From the human T2T-CHM13v2.0 reference genome, Homo sapiens, in the NCBI RefSeq assembly GCF_009914755.1, contig NC_060935.1: a stretch of DNA of 64,000 nucleotides. One strand, written 5' to 3'. Below the pieces are notes generated by a model. That model did no database searches. It was not told the DNA's origin and saw nothing but the letters and a program-made list of their open reading frames with translations. Positions 51,521 through 64,000 of the stretch are shown here, in pieces; within the stretch, counting starts at the first letter, position 1; the number at the start of each line of letters is the position of its first letter. The position numbers were made by a program, and so were the translations under genes.

Positions 51521-54500
51521 TTTAAAAAGATAAAACAAGCAGGCAGCCTTAACACTTACTACTAACAGCATACAGAATATACAGAGGAAGATAAAAATAA
51601 TTTCTTTGCACTGAAAAAAAAAATAGGTTGCATACAGTCAAAGATAATTACTGAGCACATATTATGTGCCAAGCATTGTACTATCTTATAAACATAATCT
51701 CATTTAATTCTCCAAACATTCTTAGGTAGATGGTAATACTCCCATGTTACAGTTGAAGAAATTAAGGTTCAGAGAGACTAAGTGAAGGCTGCCAGAAGAA
51801 TGTTCATGGTGCTGCTGTGAAAAAAAAAATAATAAGAAAGAACAATTTATGAAAACAAATATACTGCCAGCACAATAAAACCTAAGGAGTGACGGCTTGG
51901 TTTCTCTAAAGTGCTATTAATACTGGCAACAGAAAATTCTATTTTTCACTCCTTTTGTGGAGGAAGAGTGCAGAGCAAACAACGTACTACTTTTATGTCC
52001 AAAATGAAGTCAGATTCCTGGTAAAAGATGGGTGTGTTTTTGGGAGAAGGGCTGCACTGCAGTAGAGAACCAACAGAAAACAGGACTGACAGTGTAAGGT
52101 TAGTTCTCTGTTAGTTTAAAAGAGAGAAAGGGTGTCCCAGAAGCATCCTCCATCAGAGAAAACAAGAAGCTAGTGAGGAAATAATGTAGAAGAAAACTAA
52201 TTAAGTTCACTGAGACAACTTCAAAATATTGCTCCTGGAACAGCAGTGTTTATCTAGTGAGTCAGACTGCGGACTGATGTTCAGGGTGTGATCTGGTGCC
52301 TGCTAATGCAGACAGAAGGACTCGGCAAGTGGAGATAATTAACTGTGGCTTGAGGTAGTGGAGAAGGACCTTTTTATCATTAGAAGTTTAGTGGATCCTC
52401 CGGGCAGTTTTCCACTGGGAAGTGGGATCTGGCTGTAAAAGAGTTTAAATGCCACATGCCTCATACAGAAGCATGAGAAAAACGTTAATGCTGCAGCTTC
52501 TCCACTGTCTGAGTATCAAAATTCCATTTCTGTAAGACTTAAGATGCAATGAGACCTCTCCAGAACTTTTATTAAAAGGGGGATTCAATTAACTTTCTTC
52601 TTCTGTTTCAATGATATAATCTGGGCACTTGGGAGATACACTCAATACAACTGAAAAGACCTTACCAGTACTTCCCCGGTGTTTTTGCATGTATTATCTC
52701 AACTTATCTTCAGAACTCTATGAAATGGGTAGAACAGGCATCTAGCATCTTTTAAGGTAGAATGTTTTTTGAATCGGAAAAGAGATTGATGCAACTACGG
52801 CAATGTAAATAAATTTAATGACTCTAAGTGGAAACTAATTAAACAGGGAGGGAGTACAACCATATCTGTCAAAGATGCTCCCACTGTGACCACTGCTGCC
52901 AGCAACTCACAACCCAAACTATTTAGGAAACCCGCACCAACTCTCATTATAGTTTTAAAGAGTACCACACACTCTACAAATATTTGTACATCCAGGACCT
53001 CAAAAACCCAAAGTCTCTGGAAAAAACAAAAGGCTGGGGAGAGAGTTATCTCTCTCTCTAACCTAGCTTGCTCTCCCCTTTACAGTACAGTAGTCAAATG
53101 ACTTGTCAGGATGCTAGAATTTCATAAGGCTCAGATTCCTATGCAAAGAAGTGAGTTGTCATGTATTGTTTTGAGTTTTAATAAACTCGGTTGGATCTTA
53201 ATAATTATACTAGAAAATTAAAAAAAGACAACGTAGGACCTCTTTGGTAGAATACAGCTGATGGGGTTACCATACATAAAAGTAGTATTTATCGAGACAT
53301 AAAATCCTGGAGCACAGGGGAATCTTAAAGATCTTCTAAAGTTAGTTCACATAACTTCAAAGGGCTTCCGATTTCTCATATTTAAGGTGAGGAAGTTCGA
53401 CAAAATATCTAGTTTCATCAGCCATAAAACTATGACATCTGTCTCTCTACACCCTGTATTCACATAATCGCTTCAGCTAAATTCTACCCAAGGAGCTCCT
53501 GCAACTACACCTGTCATGCAGTTAACAATTTCGAGCAGAGCCACTCTTATTTTTGCCTAGAGGAATAGAAATATAAACACACACGCACATTCATTTATAG
53601 GTGCAAATTTATGTAACACTGAACTACTTTCTTCATTTAAGGATTCTTAATGTTTCTAAAATCAGTAACTATTTCTTCCTTCCCTTAACACTGCCACAAG
53701 AGATCACTGTAATTTAATAATAATTAGACAGTAACAATCATAACTTTATACTTAGTATCAATGGAGGGCTTTCTATTGCCAGACACCATTCTAAGCACTT
53801 ACTACGCATTAACTCCTTGGATTCTCACATCAACCCTATGAGTGGGGCACCTTCACTATACCTGTTACACAGATGAGGAAACAGAACAGAGAAGTGCAGT
53901 GATTTGCCCTTGGGTTACAAAGCTGCTAAGTGGCAGAGCCAGGATTCTGACACAGCCCACGTGCTCAGCCTCCACATCTCTCCCACCTCTAACATGCACA
54001 AGAGGATAAGGGGAAGTCCCTGGTCTCCACCACTTCTCCTCCGCCTCCAGCTTCATTCAGAGCAAGGGCGTCCTTGTTTGCACGTGAAGGGAAATCGTAT
54101 GTGCACATACGAACTCTTTTTTATTTCAACCATCACTCCTCTGCCAAGGACCCCCCGTTGACCACTGCTCTGGCTAAGGGTGCCCACACACTGGTCGTGT
54201 GGTCCAGACTGTGGCGGATGGGCCAGGGGAGAGGAACTGTGGGGACCAGACTGTGAACTCACTGAAGCAGGAAATGCTGGAGCCCCAGACCTGTCTAGAA
54301 GGAGGAATGTGGGCTCTGAGCTCAGCATAAGCACTGCTCCTCGACCCTATGGGCTCTTTAACCTGTGGGACCATGGCCCCAGGCAGAAGAGAGCCACGCT
54401 AAGCCCCTTAAAGCAGAGGCCAGGGTCAGAGACCTCAGTTACCCAAAACTAAAGGCAGTACTGCCTTTGATGTTGGGCCTCTCACAAGACAAATAAGATG

Positions 54501-55128
54501 ACAATCTACACCCAACTGACTAGCTGTTGGGGAAAGCTGCCCTAAATGCCTACTGATGGAAGGTCTGAATTTGAATTAAGTCAAGTTTGAGTCCATTTCC
54601 ATGAATATTAATAGTCTATATACCAGTACATCAAAAATCATATATAGTTTTTAAGTCATCATCACAAAAAATCAGTAAAATATGAAGAATTAATATTATA
54701 CATCCCATTAGAAAATAACTTTGGATAAGACACAGGGAATATATACATACAGGTATTACTTAATAGTACCACAACTCTACATTCTCAATGAAGGCCAGTC
54801 CTTTAGACCCAATACTGTAGTTATCAAGGGCATAAAAAATGTCTGCAATATCATTTTCGGTAGCTTAGAAAACCAAAAGCATTCATCTCAAAGACAGGTT
54901 ATATTCTGGGCCTGCTCCCAAATGAGAGCTTTCTGTATTGCACCTACAATCTTAACAAACACATCAGAAACAGAGACCAAAATTCATGTGATTCACATAA
55001 AGTGAAATACCAAGAAATACAGTTCTACATTTCACTGTCATCAGGAAAAAATATAGAGAGATTGCTGGATTCATTAAAATAACATATTTCAAATCACTTT
55101 ATCTTCTATTATAAAAGGAAATTACTCA

Positions 55129-55527
<399 letters not shown>

Positions 55528-56149
55528 TCACATATGAAAAATGAAGAACATTGTAGTACCTACGATGCAAAACAACTTCATCCTATCACGTAAATGTGGG
55601 AGTAATGATTAAAACCAAGATAGCTACCTCCTTATTAGTTCCCTTCTCAACTTTCACCAAGTAAGACTGTCAATAAATGGTAGAGTTGTTTCATAGCTGT
55701 GGGCTCCTAAACATTTCCTACGTAAATTTCCTGTCCTTCAGAAAGAAAGGAATATATATAAAGAAATCTTTTGAGAGTTTTCTGAAGGTACACTACACAT
55801 ATCTGACCACTGCAAATATAGAACATATAAGGTTGAAACCTCAGACCTTAACAGGAAAAATGTGTAAATAAGTATAAAAGTAGATAATTTTCCTTCAAGA
55901 AAATGGTCAATTTTGTGGGGTAGGGTGGGAAGGGAGGCAGGAATCTGATTATAAAAAGCGTGGGAGAAAAAAACCTGTTCTCAATAAAAGCTGATACTGA
56001 TGATACCTGTATGTTTTTTCCCATAGGCATGAACAGAATTTTTGTTTCTAAATTAAAGTGGCACCAAATCTTTCCTTTTGGTCCTGGTATTCTCTGGAGG
56101 TATTTTGAAGAGAGCTTACAATGGAATATTGATCAAAGTAAATGACATT

Positions 56150-58980
<2,831 letters not shown>

Positions 58981-58989
58981 ATAACTCAT

Positions 58990-59800
58990 ATCATAAACAA
59001 TTGATTTCCCTAACAGATAAAGAACTCTTATAAATCAAGAAGAAAAAAGACCAACGACCTAATTTTTTCAATGAGCGAAAGACAAAGAACAGTCAATACA
59101 CAGAAATGCAAATTTAAAGGGCTCAAAAACATGAAAAGAGGCCCAACTTTACTTGTAATAAAAGAAATATAGATTAAATGGTTCTCTTTTTTACCTATCA
59201 GATTGGCAAAGACTTTAAAAATTGACAATGCCCCATGTTGGTGAGGGTTTGAGGAAACAAGGAGAGTTAAGTATTGCTGGTGGGAGTGTACACTGATAAC
59301 GACTATGGAGAGTGATTCAGTAATCTCTACCAAAATTACCAACACAGATATGGTTTTATTCTGCAAGTTCATTTCTAGGAATTTCTTTTACAAATACTCA
59401 CACAGGCGCAAAATAATCTTTGTAGAAGGGCATTCATTATAGAACTATTTGTAATAGCAAAAGATTAAAAACAACCATCAATAAGGTACTAGTCAAATTG
59501 TTACAACTACACAATGGACCACTAAGCAGCAACTTTTTAAAAAGGAATGAAAATACTTTTTATGTACCATATGAGAAGATATCCCAAGATGTTAAGTAAA
59601 AAATTTATGGTAAAGAATGCTACCACTATTTAGGTAAAAAAAACAAAAAAAGGTATTGTTATAAAATGCACACACACTCTCTCATGTTGTGTGAAACCAC
59701 TCATATGTGCACTACATACAAGGCTGCTCAAGAAACTGATAAAACTAATTATTTCTAAAGAGAGGAACTGACTGTCTAGGGAATAAGAGTAAGAGAGAGA
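58990..59800 (+). mobile_element. Old L1M 3' fragment
   Basis: ataaagaactcttataaatcaa, cctatcagattggcaaa, tgctggtgggagtgta typical of L1M 3' end. Confidence 0.75.
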
Positions 59801-59905
59801 TTGTACCATATAGATTTTTAAAGTAGGCAGAATCTGTTGAAAATTTTTTAAAAACTTTTTTTAATGAGCTTGATTAATAAGATTACTTCTTCATGGAAAT
59901 GCCTA

Positions 59906-60361
<456 letters not shown>

Positions 60362-61238
60362 TCAAAATGTACTTCTTAAATTATCACTCGAGTGATAAAA
60401 ATCTTCTCTCTACCAATAACCAGTTGAAACAAAGTTGCATTGTTTATTCACATTCTTCTGTCTGCTGTGGTAATCAAGAAAAAAATTAGAAATGTTCCAC
60501 TAATAGGATAAACCATATGTTGCTAATAAGATATAGTCTCCTTTCATAGATTACACCACCCACTTAACTCCCCACAACATACGCGAATACACACATATAT
60601 ACAAATAGTTTCTAATCCTGGGCTTCTCTTAGCATTTATTTCAGGTGATTAGCTTGAAATACAGTAACAATTTCCCTGGATTTCACACTAAACAGAAGCC
60701 AAAACAGAAGAACGTTTTACTCAGAGGTTAAATTATGTTTACGGTCAATTCAACTTTGAGGTTAGATGTATAATGGTGAAAATAAAAGAACAAAACTTCC
60801 TTTAGGGATCCTTAAAGTCACTTATTACCCACAAGTGTATCATTTATCAGAATTTGTAGCCTCAGTCTAAATTATGCATATTAATCCAGTCCTAATCACT
60901 GAATTCCAAAGCCCACTTGTCATACACTTATGTTAATTCCAGTGTTGCTAACCTATAGCAGGCCATGGTTATAAATATTATAAATACATGCAAAGAGTTT
61001 ACAAAAGTTTTATTCACTATGAAACCACTTTCCCCCTAATTTTTTCATGAAAATCTGTTTCAATAAAGGAAAACATTTTCTGCAGCTACACATGATAGTG
61101 AGGTAGGTAGCTGGTTAGAAACAAAGGAATAGCTTTGAAATAAAGTATACATAGAAATGTGGGTGGAAATAATTCAATTTTATCACCCAGGCATTGGTAA
61201 GAGCACCCAAAAAAAGAAAATTAAATTAAATAGATTGA

Positions 61239-61598
<360 letters not shown>

Positions 61599-61851
61599 TA
61601 GATTCTTCCATTCTCCTGATTTCCAGTTTTTTCCTCCATGTTATGAAGAAGGGAGAATAATTTCTATATTGTACAACGAGGTTGGGGGTGAGGTTCCGAA
61701 GAATATTCCATGCGAAATGCTCTATGCCACCCAGAAAAATGGCCTAATTCAGCAGTCCATTATAAAAATGAAACTTGTTCTGGCTAGGGTATAGATAGTT
61801 CTAGATACTCCCTATTTCAATTTCACAAATAGATCTTTCCTTCAGGTATCA

Positions 61852-62217
<366 letters not shown>

Positions 62218-62576
62218 TTATTAGTAAGTCTTCGATTCTAATCTCTTGCTTAGCAAACCTGTGGGCATCACCATTTTCCCATGTATTCTTTATACTACAA
62301 GGTCCTATTTGGTGGTTAAATCCTTTTTAGTTGAGGATTAAAAGATTTTTGTGGTCCTTTAGGGCTACTTCTGAATTGGCAGTTTGGAAATGCAGAATTC
62401 CCAACAAGTTCAGAAGCCACGCCTCTGCTATGCTCTATTGGTGCTACCTCAACTCAACCGCCATAACCTAAAAATCAACAGTGATTTTCATTACATCTGA
62501 AAGAAAGAGGACAGACATATCTCTTTTTTTTTTTTTTCAAAATTCACAGACATCAATTTAATGACCACTACTATAA

Positions 62577-63016
<440 letters not shown>

Positions 63017-63129
63017 TGTATTTACTTTTTTGGTAAGACTTTTTATGATAAACAAACAGGATTTGAAAAAAAAATGAACTATCATTGCCCAACTTTTTAT
63101 GAGGACTCTTCCTCTTCCAGTTACCATTA

Positions 63130-63312
<183 letters not shown>

Positions 63313-63389
63313 TTAGGCCTCTCCCTTTATGAAGGACACCACAGCACAACTAAAACTCACAAAGGCTGATCATTATGCTCTATTCCATC

Positions 63390-63684
<295 letters not shown>

Positions 63685-64000
63685 TGCGTTACATTTAGAC
63701 ATGAGATTAGCGGTAAAGAAGCAATCAAGGAAAATTTCTTAAATGAAGGAAAGGGAAAGTCAAGGCAGAATAGAAAAAAAAGTCTACAGAACTAGCATAG
63801 CAAACCAAACCCAGCAGAAGCATGTTAACGGTAGTGAATCTCAAAGCACAAGAAACATGCTTTGACTTTGGCAAACCTCTAGCTACAGCACTGGTCACAT
63901 GGTGTTCCTGCACTGTCTAGTCATTCATTTTTTTTCCACAAATACATATTAAGGGGCTACTTTCTGCCAACAATGGCCAGGCACAAGTGCTACGGCAAGG

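Overview
Human genomic DNA (chr11q24, identified from the genes). Most of the window is the 3' part of CDON (Cdo, an Ig/FNIII Hedgehog co-receptor) on the minus strand. Sixteen coding exons (5-20 in the usual 20-exon numbering, recalled) run from 63290 to the TGA at 5806-5808. All are GT-AG and phase-compatible, totalling 3299 nt with the proximal exon-19 donor or 3368 nt with the distal one. A ~4.1 kb 3'UTR ends near an AATAAA at 1697-1702. The first ~1.2 kb holds the last four coding exons (one a 25-nt microexon) and 3'UTR of a convergent plus-strand gene, most likely VSIG10L2. Introns contain ~27 Alus, L1PA and old L1M pieces, L2/MIR, an MST LTR, MER5A, MER102, MADE1 and a CR1/L3 RT fossil. 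I cannot demonstrate a new biological system here. The least ordinary signal is three short locally templated insertions (39-200 bp), each copied from 1.3-3.1 kb away into an older repeat, plus several tandem and fold-back duplications. Also notable are a triple re-use of one L1 endonuclease site and a symmetric transmembrane exon bracketed by inverted Alus. Repeat names and exon numbering come from recalled consensus sequences, not a database search.
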